Source: an uncultured Azospirillum sp. (GTDB lineage Bacteria > Pseudomonadota > Alphaproteobacteria > RF32 > CAG-239). Taken from it: a DNA stretch of 64,000 nucleotides. The position numbers and the translations under genes were made by a program. Under the pieces are notes generated by a model, which saw only the letters and a program-made list of their open reading frames with translations, had not been told where the DNA came from and searched no databases. Below are positions 37,800-48,076 of the stretch, one piece after another; the first letter of the stretch is position 1, and each line of letters begins with the position of its first letter. The DNA lies in assembly GCA_947301965.1 (NCBI GenBank), contig CAMYUM010000001.1, positions 95,635 to 159,634 on the forward strand, read 5' to 3'.

Positions 37800-38867
37800 T
37801 TACTCATCATCTCCGTGAATGTATTGTTTTATGTCGTTGACACGGTCTTGCAAATCCTCAATTACTTGGCGGTTGATTTCAGCAATGCTTCTTTCTTTCT
37901 GATCAAGATTGCGAAAACGATATAAAAACCAAAGGGTCATGAGAGCGGTTACGAGAACTAAAGAATATTGATGAGATGACATAGTTTGAAATGCGCCGAA
38001 AAATATCAACAATATTTGGATGCGGCATGAAAACGATGCCGCCATTGAAGGGGGCAATCCTTTTTGCAAAGCCTGTCGACAAGAAGTGTTGTCAATCAGA
38101 TTGCGGTATTTGCGGCTGAAGGTGAGTAACAATAATGCCGCGCACACAAAATCAATCAATAAGTACATTGAAAAGATGATGGTACAGCTGGCGGCATTTT
38201 CACAAACAGCCCAGGATATCGGTGCAAAGACTAAGAAACCCAGGCACATGACATCAATTTTGTTTAAGGATATACGGGACGGATACCAGTTAAAAATTAT
38301 CAATGCGAAGCAGCTTGCGGCAAGATATGCCGAAAACATTCCCAAAAGAGGAGGAACGGCATTAATAAAGCCGAGTATGGCAATACCGGTGGTAATGGCA
38401 AAAGCTTGTATGCCCGACATGGCCTCACAGGTATCGGAATATGCAAAGATCCAAGAAAAGAAGGTCCAGGCAACGGCGACTAAAATCCGATTATAAATTG
38501 GCGCTAAAGGTGAAATTGCAGCAACAGCATCTTGAGGAATCGCAAAAGAGCAGATAAAAGCTCCGCACGCAAAAGCTACATAAGTAAGTTTGTAAAGGTT
38601 TTTAGCGCGAGCGATAACGTAGATTAATATTGCGACAACAAAAGGCAATATCAGTTCAACAAGGCTCATTGAAGCCAAAAATTGATGTTGATTATAAAAA
38701 AGGAAATAAGACAATAATGATGCAACGGCTACGGTCAGGCAGATAGGGATAAATGAAATTTGTTTTAAGATAGGAGCATTGCAACGAACTGCAGAGTTGT
38801 ACATAACAGCAGGGACTATAAAACACATAAAAGTAATCAATAAACCTATTAAAAAAGTGCTGCTCAT
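37800..38867 (-). CDS. Hypothetical polytopic membrane protein (about 10 TM) with a C-terminal cytoplasmic coiled-coil
   Basis: The hydrophobicity pattern indicates about 10 TM segments. No family was recognised. Confidence 0.45.
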   Translation of the reverse strand: MSSTFLIGLLITFMCFIVPAVMYNSAVRCNAPILKQISFIPICLTVAVASLLSYFLFYNQHQFLASMSLVELILPFVVAILIYVIARAKNLYKLTYVAFACGAFICSFAIPQDAVAAISPLAPIYNRILVAVAWTFFSWIFAYSDTCEAMSGIQAFAITTGIAILGFINAVPPLLGMFSAYLAASCFALIIFNWYPSRISLNKIDVMCLGFLVFAPISWAVCENAASCTIIFSMYLLIDFVCAALLLLTFSRKYRNLIDNTSCRQALQKGLPPSMAASFSCRIQILLIFFGAFQTMSSHQYSLVLVTALMTLWFLYRFRNLDQKERSIAEINRQVIEDLQDRVNDIKQYIHGDDE

Positions 38868-38940
38868 TATTAAAATTCTTTCTAATTTTTCAGTATATCT
38901 CTTTTATAATCTTAAACTTAGCTTTCTTCAACCACAATGT

Positions 38941-39837
38941 TTAGGGCAGAGCAGAGTTATAGAGTTTTTTCAGTAATTTGTAGGTTTGCGGTATGTTAAT
39001 TTCTTGGGAAAGTGAGGTTTTGGTAATCAATGAGGTTAAAAAATTAAAATCATTTTTTCCGTTATTGATTATTGATTGGTGTAACGGATAAACATAGTTT
39101 GCGGGGATGTTATAGATTTTTTTCATTATACTGTTTTTGTTGGGGGTTATACCGTCGACGGCGGCCATTGCACAAAATTCGTCAACTAAAGAGTGTAAAA
39201 TTTGGGCATTGTTTTTGTCTTTGAGCAGAGTTGATATTTTGTTGTTTTCCGCTGCACTCCAAATTGAACAGAGAGCGTAGGGAATTATGTATTGCCAAAA
39301 ATCAAAAAGACGGTCTTCTCCTTTTGTGACACGAATTGAAGCGGAAGCAAAAATTTCTAAAACTTTGGGATCAGGCTCTTGTTGATTGTGTGAATAAATG
39401 CTTATGTCAGGAGTTCTTCCTTCCAAAGATATACTGTTTTTGCGCGAAATAATGTAGCCGTTGAAAAATGCTGAATATAAATTGTTTGAAATAATCGGTA
39501 AAAGATACGACATGTCCTTGAAAGGAGTAAAGCAAATAACCGGAGCGTCTTTTATTTTTAATGGGGAAAGCGCGGCAACGGCGGTATTAAATTGGTTGGG
39601 AAATGACGTGATTATTACCAACTCGGCGTTTTTTTGCATGGAAAGCGCAGCATCAAGAGAACAATGCTGTTGAGTAAGCCTGCGGTCGTCTTTTATCGAG
39701 ATTTCGATTGTGGACGGCGGGGTTTGCGAAAGAGTTCGGTCAAGCAACATTATCACTTGATGTCCGGCCGATTGAAGCTGACAACCAAGGTAATGAGCCA
39801 ACGGATTATTTCCGATTATGTATATGGGGCTGGTCAT
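38941..39837 (-). CDS. Ketopantoate reductase (ApbA/PanE)-like Rossmann-fold protein
   Basis: The N-terminus IYIIGNNPLAHYLGCQLQSAGHQVIML resembles the KPR-family dinucleotide-binding fold. The assignment is tentative. Confidence 0.4.
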   Translation of the reverse strand: MTSPIYIIGNNPLAHYLGCQLQSAGHQVIMLLDRTLSQTPPSTIEISIKDDRRLTQQHCSLDAALSMQKNAELVIITSFPNQFNTAVAALSPLKIKDAPVICFTPFKDMSYLLPIISNNLYSAFFNGYIISRKNSISLEGRTPDISIYSHNQQEPDPKVLEIFASASIRVTKGEDRLFDFWQYIIPYALCSIWSAAENNKISTLLKDKNNAQILHSLVDEFCAMAAVDGITPNKNSIMKKIYNIPANYVYPLHQSIINNGKNDFNFLTSLITKTSLSQEINIPQTYKLLKKLYNSALP

Positions 39838-39840
39838 GGG

Positions 39841-41109
39841 TTACTCCTTTTGCAACACGGCAATGAAAAAACCGTCCATACCACCCTCGGTTCCCAAAAT
39901 TGAAGGAAGACAACGAATAAAACCTTCAGGAGTTATGATTTCCGGCAGTATGTTACTATTGAACAGAACGGCAGATGTAATCGGAACAATCTTAAATTCA
40001 GGGTTGGCATCAATAAAGTTCGCAACCTGTCTTTCACCTTCATTTTTGGATAAAGAACATACCGAATATAGCAATATTCCTCCTTTTTTGAGATGAGAGG
40101 CGGTTGCGGAAAGCATTTGTTGCTGAAGTTTAACGCTTTGGACAACATCTTCCGGAGTTTTGGTGTGAACAATTTCGGGGTGACGGCGCAGAGTTCCGGA
40201 CGCAGAGCAAGGCGCATCAAGTATTATGATGTCAAAATTTTCATTATTGTTTTGCAAATAATTAATCGCATCGGAGCAGATAATATTTTTTGCTTTGAAT
40301 TTCAGCCGAGCGAGGTTTTCTTTGAGCGTTTGTAACCGTGGTGCGGAGATATCGACAGCGGTAACCGTAGCTCCGGCATTAATGAGTTGAGCGGTTTTTC
40401 CACCCGGAGCGGCGCATAAATCAAGAACATTTTTGCCCTTGATGTTGCCGAGTGCGGTTACGGCGAGCGAGGAGGCAAAATCCTGCACCCACCAGGCACC
40501 TTCCTGATAACCGGAAAGTTGAGAGACGGCACCTGCGGAATAAAGCCGAACAGAGTTGTTGGGCATAAGTTTGCCGCCCAAAATTTCAGCCCAATGTGCA
40601 GGCTCTGATTTTATGGTTAAATCAAGAGGCGGCTCAAGAGCAGCGTATTTTTCAATGGCGGCAATTTGTTTGGCGGTATAATCAGGTTGTAAAATCCGGC
40701 GGAAATTTTTGCTGAAAAAAGGAACGTTTGAAGCTTGACGAATCGTGTCGGCATCTTGGCAGATTTTACGCAAAACGGCATTTACAAATCCGCCGGCATA
40801 TTTATTGCCCAGTTTTTTAGCAATATCAACGTAACTGCTGACGACGGCATATTGCGGAGTGTGCAAATAAAGAATTTCGGTTGCTCCCAAAATCAGAGCA
40901 ATTTGTTCAATGCTGAGTTTGGGCGGAAGTTGTTTTGAGGAGTAACGCCCGATAACTTTTTTCAGAAAAGTTTGTTTGCGCAAGGCGGTAAAAATGAGTT
41001 TTTTAGCAAAAGCACGCTCTTGCGGGTCAGAGATTGCGTCGAATCGAGAATCAGCATTTCCGGAAAGAATGTTTTGATAAATTTGTGTGGATAATGTTCG
41101 GGTGTTCAA
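39841..41109 (-). CDS. rsmB: 16S rRNA (cytosine-C5)-methyltransferase RsmB/Sun
   Basis: It has the SAM-binding motif DLCAAPGGKT and the catalytic motifs ILDAPCSASG and LLYSVCSL. Confidence 0.85.
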   Translation of the reverse strand: MNTRTLSTQIYQNILSGNADSRFDAISDPQERAFAKKLIFTALRKQTFLKKVIGRYSSKQLPPKLSIEQIALILGATEILYLHTPQYAVVSSYVDIAKKLGNKYAGGFVNAVLRKICQDADTIRQASNVPFFSKNFRRILQPDYTAKQIAAIEKYAALEPPLDLTIKSEPAHWAEILGGKLMPNNSVRLYSAGAVSQLSGYQEGAWWVQDFASSLAVTALGNIKGKNVLDLCAAPGGKTAQLINAGATVTAVDISAPRLQTLKENLARLKFKAKNIICSDAINYLQNNNENFDIIILDAPCSASGTLRRHPEIVHTKTPEDVVQSVKLQQQMLSATASHLKKGGILLYSVCSLSKNEGERQVANFIDANPEFKIVPITSAVLFNSNILPEIITPEGFIRCLPSILGTEGGMDGFFIAVLQKE

Positions 41110-41276
41110 CTTCGCAACCTTTCGCCAAAAAACGTTTGCTGTTGCCTAGTTTATGCAAATATTAAACGAATGACAAGCAAGAAAGTAATTTAACACTATT
41201 GTATTTTTATTGAAAATAAGATAGTCTGACCGACAGATGTTTGTAAAATTAAGAAAATATAAGTAGGAAAGGCATT

Positions 41277-43736
41277 TTGATGACTGAGGCTAGCACTCAC
41301 TATAACGGTAAAACTTTTGAAGAATGGCAAAAGGAATGGGCGGTTGAAGACAGATATAACTTCCGCACAATTGAAGGAAAATGGCAAAAAATATGGGAAG
41401 ACGAAAAAACGTACCATGTAGATGTTGATAAAACAAAAGAAAAATTTTATGTTTTGGTAGAATTTCCATATCCGTCAGGAGTGGGTTTGCATGTAGGTCA
41501 TCCACGTTCATATACGGCGCTTGATACGGTAGCTCGCAAAAAAAGAATGCAGGGCTATAACGTTTTATACCCGATGGGTTTTGATGCCTTCGGGCTGCCG
41601 GCAGAAAATTATGCAATTAAAACCGGTGTTCATCCGGCCGTATCAACAAAAGCAAATATTGCCAATTTTACCCGTCAGTTGAAATCTTTGGGTTTCAGCT
41701 TTGATTGGGACAGATGCGTAACCACCTGTGATCCCGAATATTATAAATGGACGCAGTGGATGTTTATCAAATTTTTTGAAAAAGGTTTGGCGTATAAAGA
41801 CAAAATAGCAATCAACTGGTGTCCGAGTTGCAAGGTCGGACTGGCAAACGAAGAAGTCGTCAACGGTTGTTGTGAACGTTGCGGGGCGCAAGTTGTACGC
41901 AAAGACAAAGAACAATGGATGATAGCCATTACCAAATATGCCGACAGACTGATTAATGATTTGGATGATTTGGATTTTATTGAAAGAGTCAAATCGCAAC
42001 AAATTAATTGGATCGGGCGTTCGGAAGGTGCCGAGCTTGACTTTGATTTTGCAGAAGACAAATTGACGGTATTTACAACCCGTCCGGATACGGCTTTTGG
42101 TGTTACATACATGGTTTTGGCGCCAGAACATCCGTTTGTAAATAAATATATGGATCGTTTTGAAAACCAAGCCGAAATAAAAGCGTATGTTGAGGAAACA
42201 GCTAAAAAATCAGAACTGCAACGCAGTATGAGCGAAGAAAAAACCGGCGTTGAACTTAAAGGAATTAAGGCTCGTAATCCATACAACGGAAAAATGATTC
42301 CGGTGTTTATTTCCGACTATGTTTTGACCGGTTACGGAACAGGCGCAATTATGGCGGTTCCAGCGCATGACCAACGAGATTACGATTTTGCCAAAGTGTT
42401 TAATTTGCCGATTATTCAAGTTTTGGAAGGCGGAGATATCAGCGAAAAAGCCTGGGAAGAAGACGGCCTTCATATTAATTCCGAGTTTTTGAACGGAATG
42501 AATAAAGAAGACGGGATGCGTGCGGCAATTGATTATGCGGTTAAAAACGGATTTGGTCATTCAAAAGTTAACTTTAAATTGCGCGATTGGGTATTCTCTC
42601 GTCAGCGTTACTGGGGAGAACCGATACCGATGGTTTATTGTGAGCATTGCGGGTGGCAGCCGATTCCGGAATCACAGTTGCCGTTGGAGTTGCCCGAAGT
42701 ACCGGATTATCATCCTAATGATGAGGGCGAATCACCGTTATCAAAGGCGACGGACTGGGTAAACACAACCTGTCCGAAATGCGGTGGTCACGCCAGAAGA
42801 GAAACCGATGTTATGCCGAACTGGGCGGGTTCGTCGTGGTATTTTTTGCGCTATTGCGATCCGCACAATTCAAAAGAATTTGCTTCTAAAGATGCGCTTA
42901 AATACTGGATGAATGTAGATTGGTATAACGGAGGTATGGAGCATACAACCTTACACCTGCTATATTCACGTTTTTGGCATAAATTTTTGTATGATTGCGG
43001 GTATGTGCCGACCAAAGAGCCTTATAATAAGCGTACATCGCATGGTATGATTTTGGCTTCAAACGGTGAAAAAATGTCAAAATCACGCGGCAATGTAGTT
43101 AATCCTGATGATATTGTAAACAACTACGGAGCCGATACTTTCCGTTTGTATGAGATGTTTATCGGGCCGTTTGATCAGGTTGCAATGTGGTCGGAAGAAA
43201 GCTTGATGGGAGTTTATCGCTTTGTTTGCAAAATTTACAGCCTGTTTAAAAAAGTGGCAAAGATTGCTCCTCAAGATGCAGATTTGCGTGCCATGCACAA
43301 GTGTATATTGGAAGTAACCGAACGAATCGACGGAATGAAGTTTAATACCGCGGTTTCGTCACTGATGACGTATGTAAATTATTTGAGCGGATTGGAACAA
43401 ATTCCGCAGGTTATGTATGAGACGTTGATGAAACTGCTTTCTCCGTTTGCTCCGCATTTGAGCGAGGAAATGTGGGCACGTATGGGAAATCAAACTTTGG
43501 TACTGAATGAACCATGGCCGCAAGGCGATGCCAAATTAGCGGAAGATAATGTGGTGACTTTGGCAGTTCAGATTTGCGGTAAAATGCGAGGTACCATTGA
43601 AATGCCGAAAGATGCCCCGCAAGCAGATGTTGAGCAAAAGGCTTTGAGCCTGGATAATGTTGCTCGTCAGTTGGAAGGGCGTCAGGTTAAAAAAATAATT
43701 GTTGTACCAAATAGGATTGTGAACATTGTTGCATAA
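41277..43736 (+). CDS. leuS: Leucyl-tRNA synthetase
   Basis: The 819-aa protein has the HVGH motif (LHVGHPRSY) and the KMSKS motif (EKMSKSRGN). Confidence 0.95.
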   Translation: MMTEASTHYNGKTFEEWQKEWAVEDRYNFRTIEGKWQKIWEDEKTYHVDVDKTKEKFYVLVEFPYPSGVGLHVGHPRSYTALDTVARKKRMQGYNVLYPMGFDAFGLPAENYAIKTGVHPAVSTKANIANFTRQLKSLGFSFDWDRCVTTCDPEYYKWTQWMFIKFFEKGLAYKDKIAINWCPSCKVGLANEEVVNGCCERCGAQVVRKDKEQWMIAITKYADRLINDLDDLDFIERVKSQQINWIGRSEGAELDFDFAEDKLTVFTTRPDTAFGVTYMVLAPEHPFVNKYMDRFENQAEIKAYVEETAKKSELQRSMSEEKTGVELKGIKARNPYNGKMIPVFISDYVLTGYGTGAIMAVPAHDQRDYDFAKVFNLPIIQVLEGGDISEKAWEEDGLHINSEFLNGMNKEDGMRAAIDYAVKNGFGHSKVNFKLRDWVFSRQRYWGEPIPMVYCEHCGWQPIPESQLPLELPEVPDYHPNDEGESPLSKATDWVNTTCPKCGGHARRETDVMPNWAGSSWYFLRYCDPHNSKEFASKDALKYWMNVDWYNGGMEHTTLHLLYSRFWHKFLYDCGYVPTKEPYNKRTSHGMILASNGEKMSKSRGNVVNPDDIVNNYGADTFRLYEMFIGPFDQVAMWSEESLMGVYRFVCKIYSLFKKVAKIAPQDADLRAMHKCILEVTERIDGMKFNTAVSSLMTYVNYLSGLEQIPQVMYETLMKLLSPFAPHLSEEMWARMGNQTLVLNEPWPQGDAKLAEDNVVTLAVQICGKMRGTIEMPKDAPQADVEQKALSLDNVARQLEGRQVKKIIVVPNRIVNIVA

Positions 43737-44277
43737 AAGATACATATTGTTGCCATTGCTGCTGATTGCGGCCTGCGGTTTTGAACCCCTTTACGTTGAA
43801 AAAAAACACGATAATTTGTGGTATTTTGACGGAGAATTTGATACTTCGATTTCGCAAGAAATGGCAAAAGTAAAAGTTGAACCGATAAACGATCGTTTCG
43901 GACAACTTTTGCGTAATAATCTTATAGATTTGCTGTCACCGAAAGGACAGCCTAAAGAACCGAAATATCGTCTGTTTGTAAAACTTGACAGTAAAACGGA
44001 AACAAATCAGGCGCTGCGTTCGGATATTACGGCAACACGAAAAATGGTAAAATATCATGTCAGTTATTATATGATGTTGGAAACGGAAAAGTTGTTAAGC
44101 GGAGACAGCGTTGCTTATTCAAGCTATGATATTTTAGCCAACCCTTATTCAACAACAATGGCGAAGAAAAAGGGTGATCAGGACGCAGTTACAATTCTCG
44201 CCAACGATATTTCATTGCGTTTGGGGGCGTATTTTCACAGCGTAGCTACCAATCGGGAAGAAATGAATGATTTTTAA
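43726..44277 (+). CDS. lptE: LPS-assembly lipoprotein LptE-like
   Basis: Lipobox LLIAACG, a size of about 180 aa, and the conserved leuS-lptE-holA position. Confidence 0.6.
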   Translation: MLHKRYILLPLLLIAACGFEPLYVEKKHDNLWYFDGEFDTSISQEMAKVKVEPINDRFGQLLRNNLIDLLSPKGQPKEPKYRLFVKLDSKTETNQALRSDITATRKMVKYHVSYYMMLETEKLLSGDSVAYSSYDILANPYSTTMAKKKGDQDAVTILANDISLRLGAYFHSVATNREEMNDF

Positions 44278-45274
44278 ACCAGGACAAGTCGAAAGTTATA
44301 TCAAAAAACCGGATAATAAAATAAAAGCGTTTCTGGTTTTTGGTAATAATGACGGTTTGGTTTTGGATACGGCTAAAAGAATAGCAAAATCAATTTGTCC
44401 GAATCTTGATGATGCCTTTCAGGTGGCAGAATTAATCGGTGAAGAGATAATTGCCGATTTCGGTAAGCTGTACGGCGAATATAACGGGCAGTCGTTGATG
44501 GGCGGTCGCCGTGTGATTATGGTGCGCGATGCCGACAATCAGATGAGCAAAGAACTGCGCAAAATGTTAGATGACAGTAATTCCGACAATTTGTTGATTT
44601 TGTATGCCAATGATTTGAATAAAAAATCATCATTGGTGAAGTTGGCGGAAAGCAGTGAGGATATGGCTTGCGTTGCTTGTTATGAAGATAAAAACGAGGA
44701 TATTTACAATACGCTTAAGACCATGGGATTGACGTTTGATCCGGTGGCAATACAAATGTTGTGTGCTAAGTTGTCGGGTGATCGCATGATTAATATGACA
44801 GAACTCGATAAACTTAAAACATATATGGGCGAGGCAAAAACCGTTACTCCCGAAATTGTGGCAAAAGTAATCAGCGATCAGTCAGATTCAAGCGCCGATG
44901 ATATTTGTTATGAGACGATGGGCGGAAACCGTGTAAAAGCGGAAAACCTGTATCAGAAATATATCGGCGAGGGATTAGAGGCGGTTTCGGTAATAAGAGC
45001 TTTGACTTATCATGTTTTGAGGTTGTTGAGCTGTCAGGCTTATATAGAAAAAAGAGAAACAGTTGATGCCGCAATTAAAAAGATGACCCCGTCGATTATT
45101 TTTTATCGCGTTGATGCATTTAAAGAGCAGTTAAAAATGTGGAACAGAGATAAACTGCTCCGAGTGTTGGGGTTGTTGTATGAAGCGGAGAAAGACTGCA
45201 AAACAACAGGCATGCCAACAGAAGAAATTGTCAGCATGACATTGATGAAAGTTGCCGGAGCGGCAAGAAAATAA
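44267..45274 (+). CDS. holA: DNA polymerase III delta subunit
   Basis: A 335-aa protein downstream of leuS-lptE with the HolA-like domain organisation. Confidence 0.75.
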   Translation: MIFKPGQVESYIKKPDNKIKAFLVFGNNDGLVLDTAKRIAKSICPNLDDAFQVAELIGEEIIADFGKLYGEYNGQSLMGGRRVIMVRDADNQMSKELRKMLDDSNSDNLLILYANDLNKKSSLVKLAESSEDMACVACYEDKNEDIYNTLKTMGLTFDPVAIQMLCAKLSGDRMINMTELDKLKTYMGEAKTVTPEIVAKVISDQSDSSADDICYETMGGNRVKAENLYQKYIGEGLEAVSVIRALTYHVLRLLSCQAYIEKRETVDAAIKKMTPSIIFYRVDAFKEQLKMWNRDKLLRVLGLLYEAEKDCKTTGMPTEEIVSMTLMKVAGAARK

Positions 45275-45975
45275 TGTATAGCGAGAAATTTCAAAAATTT
45301 ATTGAAATGTGGCAAAAAGACTTTGCTTTTGAAAGAAGTCTTGATGAGAAAATATGTCGTGATAAAGATGGTAATCCAATACCGTGGTATACATATCCGG
45401 CAATAGAATATTTGGCGCAATTTGACTATGCCGATAAAAAAGTTTTTGAATTCGGTTGCGGGTATTCTTCGGCCTTTTGGGCGGAAAGAGCAAAGAGCGT
45501 GTTGAGTATTGAAGACAAGACCGAGTGGTTTGAAAAATGGCGCAAAGAATTTGATTATAAAAACCTTGATATTCGTTGGCGCGATGAGGGTGAAGGCTAC
45601 GAAAACGCTATTTTTGAGAACGGCGAAAAATACGATGTGATTGTTGTTGATGGCAAGCGGCGTGAAAAATGTGCGGCTGCGGCAGTGAAAGCGCTGGCCG
45701 ATGGCGGAGTGATTATTTTGGATGACAGCGATCGGATTAATACCAGCGAGGAATATCGTAAAGCAGTTGATGAACTCAAACAGGCCGGATTGTTGCAAGT
45801 TGATTTTTACGGTTTTTGCCCGATGAATTGCTACACTAAAGCAACATCGTTATTTTTGAGCAGGAATTTTGATTTTAAATCAAAACATAAAGTTCAGCCG
45901 ATTAACGGCTGGGGAAATTTGTGGTCAATGGAACGCAAAGAACGCAAAGAATTTTATAAAAAAACGGAAAAGTAA
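45274..45975 (+). CDS. Putative class I SAM-dependent methyltransferase-like protein
   Basis: VFEFGCGYSS is a motif-I-like glycine loop and VIVVDG fits motif II. The function is unknown. Confidence 0.4.
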   Translation: MYSEKFQKFIEMWQKDFAFERSLDEKICRDKDGNPIPWYTYPAIEYLAQFDYADKKVFEFGCGYSSAFWAERAKSVLSIEDKTEWFEKWRKEFDYKNLDIRWRDEGEGYENAIFENGEKYDVIVVDGKRREKCAAAAVKALADGGVIILDDSDRINTSEEYRKAVDELKQAGLLQVDFYGFCPMNCYTKATSLFLSRNFDFKSKHKVQPINGWGNLWSMERKERKEFYKKTEK

Positions 45976-46100
45976 AAAGGCCGACCGGCGTTCTTCCGCC
46001 CGCCTTTCGCTTGTAGTCGAACCATCTTTCTCGAGGGTTCTCATCGTCCACCCACAATTCAACAACAAAAAAAACCACCATAAAGGTGGTTTTTTGTTAT

Positions 46101-46175
46101 TGGAGCGGGTGAAGGGATTCGAACCCTCGACATCAACCTTGGCAAGGTTGCGCTCTACCCCTGAGCTACGCCCGC
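46101..46175 (-). tRNA. tRNA-Gly (anticodon GCC)
   Basis: The reverse complement reads gcgggcgtagctcaggggtagagcgcaaccttGCCaaggttgatgtcgagggttcgaatcccttcacccgctcca. One C-A mismatch falls in the acceptor stem. A terminator hairpin (46074..46091) lies downstream. Confidence 0.85.
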
Positions 46176-46242
46176 ATCGGTAGAACGGAATATTTAATAG
46201 CATATAGGAAAAATTTTGCAAGTACTTTTTTTGTATTTTATA

Positions 46243-46270
46243 AAAAAAACACCCTCCGTGCAGGAGGGTG
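46243..46270 (-). terminator. Terminator of the hydrogenase operon
   Basis: Reverse-strand hairpin caccctcctgcacggagggtg followed by T8, located 22 nt after the hydA stop. Confidence 0.65.
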
Positions 46271-46291
46271 TTGATGTGTTCGGCAAAATGT

Positions 46292-48058
46292 CTATTTGTA
46301 CATATTTCTCGGAGTGTAATGAGTATGTAACAAATGGTGCGATTTTTCACCGCCGGGAGTGCCGAGGAACTCATCATATAAAGCCTTAATAGACTTGTTG
46401 TGATGAGACAGACGGTTGGCGGCTTTTTCGTCTTCGGTGAACAAACCGTTGGCTCGCAACTGACGAATATGGTCAGTGATTCCGTATGGTTTTTCGTATT
46501 CACCGCCGATAACCCGAGGCTGTCCGCCTCCGGCAACGCAACCGCCGCGGCAAGCCATAACTTCAACGAAGTGATACGGCAATTCTTCGCCGTTGGCCTT
46601 GGCTTCACGAATGCGATTTAAGATCTTTTCAACATTGCCGACACCGTGAGCAACTGCAATGCGAACCTCGTTGCCATTAATGGTAACTTTGGTCTCTTTT
46701 ACACCTTCAAGGCCTTCAATGGCCTTAAATTCCGGCTGGGCAAGTTCTTGCCCGGTAATGTAATAATAAGCTGTGCGTAAAGCCGCAGTCATAACACCGC
46801 CGGTGGTACCAAAAATGGTTGCGGCACCGGAATACTCTCCGAGAGGGCTGTCAGCTTGTTCTTCTTTAATGTTGCGGAAATCAATACCGGCTTGTTTTAT
46901 CATTCTGGCAAGTTCGCGAGTGGTGATTGAAACATCAACATCTTGATAGCCTGAAGAACTCATATCGGCACTGCGCGAGATTTCCCACTTTTTGGCGGTA
47001 CATGGCATTACCGAAATAACTCTGATTTTAGCAGGGTCAATGCCGGCTTTTTCAGCAAAATAAGTCTTGGCCATAGCGCCAACCATCTCGTGCGGAGATT
47101 TACAGGTTGAGAAATTCGGGATCATATCGGAATTGAATTTTTCCAGCATATCAACCCAAGCCGGGCAGCAAGATGTAAACATCGGCAAGCTTTCCGGTTC
47201 TTTGGTAAAGCGACGGACAAATTCTGAGGCTTCTTCAATGATAGTTAAGTCAGCACCGAAGTTGGTGTCAAATACCTTATCGAATCCCATGCGACGCAAA
47301 GCAGCATAAGTTTTGCCGGTCAAATTTGCGCCAAATTCAAAACCGAATTCTTCACCGATAGCAACGCGGACGGCAGGTGCGATTTGGACAATGGTGTACA
47401 AATCAGGATTGCGCAACATTTCCCAAACTTTGCCGGTGTCATCATATTCAACAATAGCGCCGGTCGGGCAGTGAGCCGAACATTGTCCGCATTTGATGCA
47501 CGGACTGTCAGCAAGGTTAATGCCGTTGGCCGGGGTAATGCGTGTGGCTAAACCACGGTGCAAATAACTCAAAGCCCAGATGTTTTGCTGGTTTTGGCAA
47601 ACCTCAACACAACGTCCGCACAAAATGCATTTTGAATTGTCGAGAACAATAGCTTTGGTCGAATCGTCGATATCATAACGTTTGGTAAGGTTCGGCAACG
47701 GGGCATCAGTAATGTTAAAGGTGTTGGCCATTTCTTGCAATTCACAAGCACCGGAACGGGCGCAGGACAAACAAGAGTTGGGGTGGTTACTCAAAATGAG
47801 TTTTAATACCATACGGCGAGTTTCAAAAAGCTCGGCGTCGGTAGTAATGACTTCCATTCCTTCGGCAACAGGTGTGCAACAAGAACGAATAATGCGTCCG
47901 TTGATGCGAACGATGCACATTCCGCAACCGGCTGACGGGTCAACATCAGGATGGTTACAGAGTGTCGGAATTTCAATTTGAACACTGCGGGCTGCATCTA
48001 AAACAGAGGTGCCGGCAGGAACTTCAACTTCGTGATTATCAATTTTTAATTTTACCAT
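46292..48058 (-). CDS. hydA: [FeFe]-hydrogenase catalytic subunit (M3-type: 2Fe-2S and 3x 4Fe-4S N-terminal domains plus H-cluster domain)
   Basis: All three H-cluster motifs are present: L1 FTSCCPAW, L2 MPCTAKKWE and L3 EVMACRGGCVAGGGQP. The N-terminus has a 2Fe-2S ferredoxin fold and the 4Fe-4S motifs CILCGRCVEVC and CIKCGQCSAHCP. Confidence 0.9.
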   Translation of the reverse strand: MVKLKIDNHEVEVPAGTSVLDAARSVQIEIPTLCNHPDVDPSAGCGMCIVRINGRIIRSCCTPVAEGMEVITTDAELFETRRMVLKLILSNHPNSCLSCARSGACELQEMANTFNITDAPLPNLTKRYDIDDSTKAIVLDNSKCILCGRCVEVCQNQQNIWALSYLHRGLATRITPANGINLADSPCIKCGQCSAHCPTGAIVEYDDTGKVWEMLRNPDLYTIVQIAPAVRVAIGEEFGFEFGANLTGKTYAALRRMGFDKVFDTNFGADLTIIEEASEFVRRFTKEPESLPMFTSCCPAWVDMLEKFNSDMIPNFSTCKSPHEMVGAMAKTYFAEKAGIDPAKIRVISVMPCTAKKWEISRSADMSSSGYQDVDVSITTRELARMIKQAGIDFRNIKEEQADSPLGEYSGAATIFGTTGGVMTAALRTAYYYITGQELAQPEFKAIEGLEGVKETKVTINGNEVRIAVAHGVGNVEKILNRIREAKANGEELPYHFVEVMACRGGCVAGGGQPRVIGGEYEKPYGITDHIRQLRANGLFTEDEKAANRLSHHNKSIKALYDEFLGTPGGEKSHHLLHTHYTPRNMYK

Positions 48059-48076
48059 ATTCGTAGCTCCTCTATT

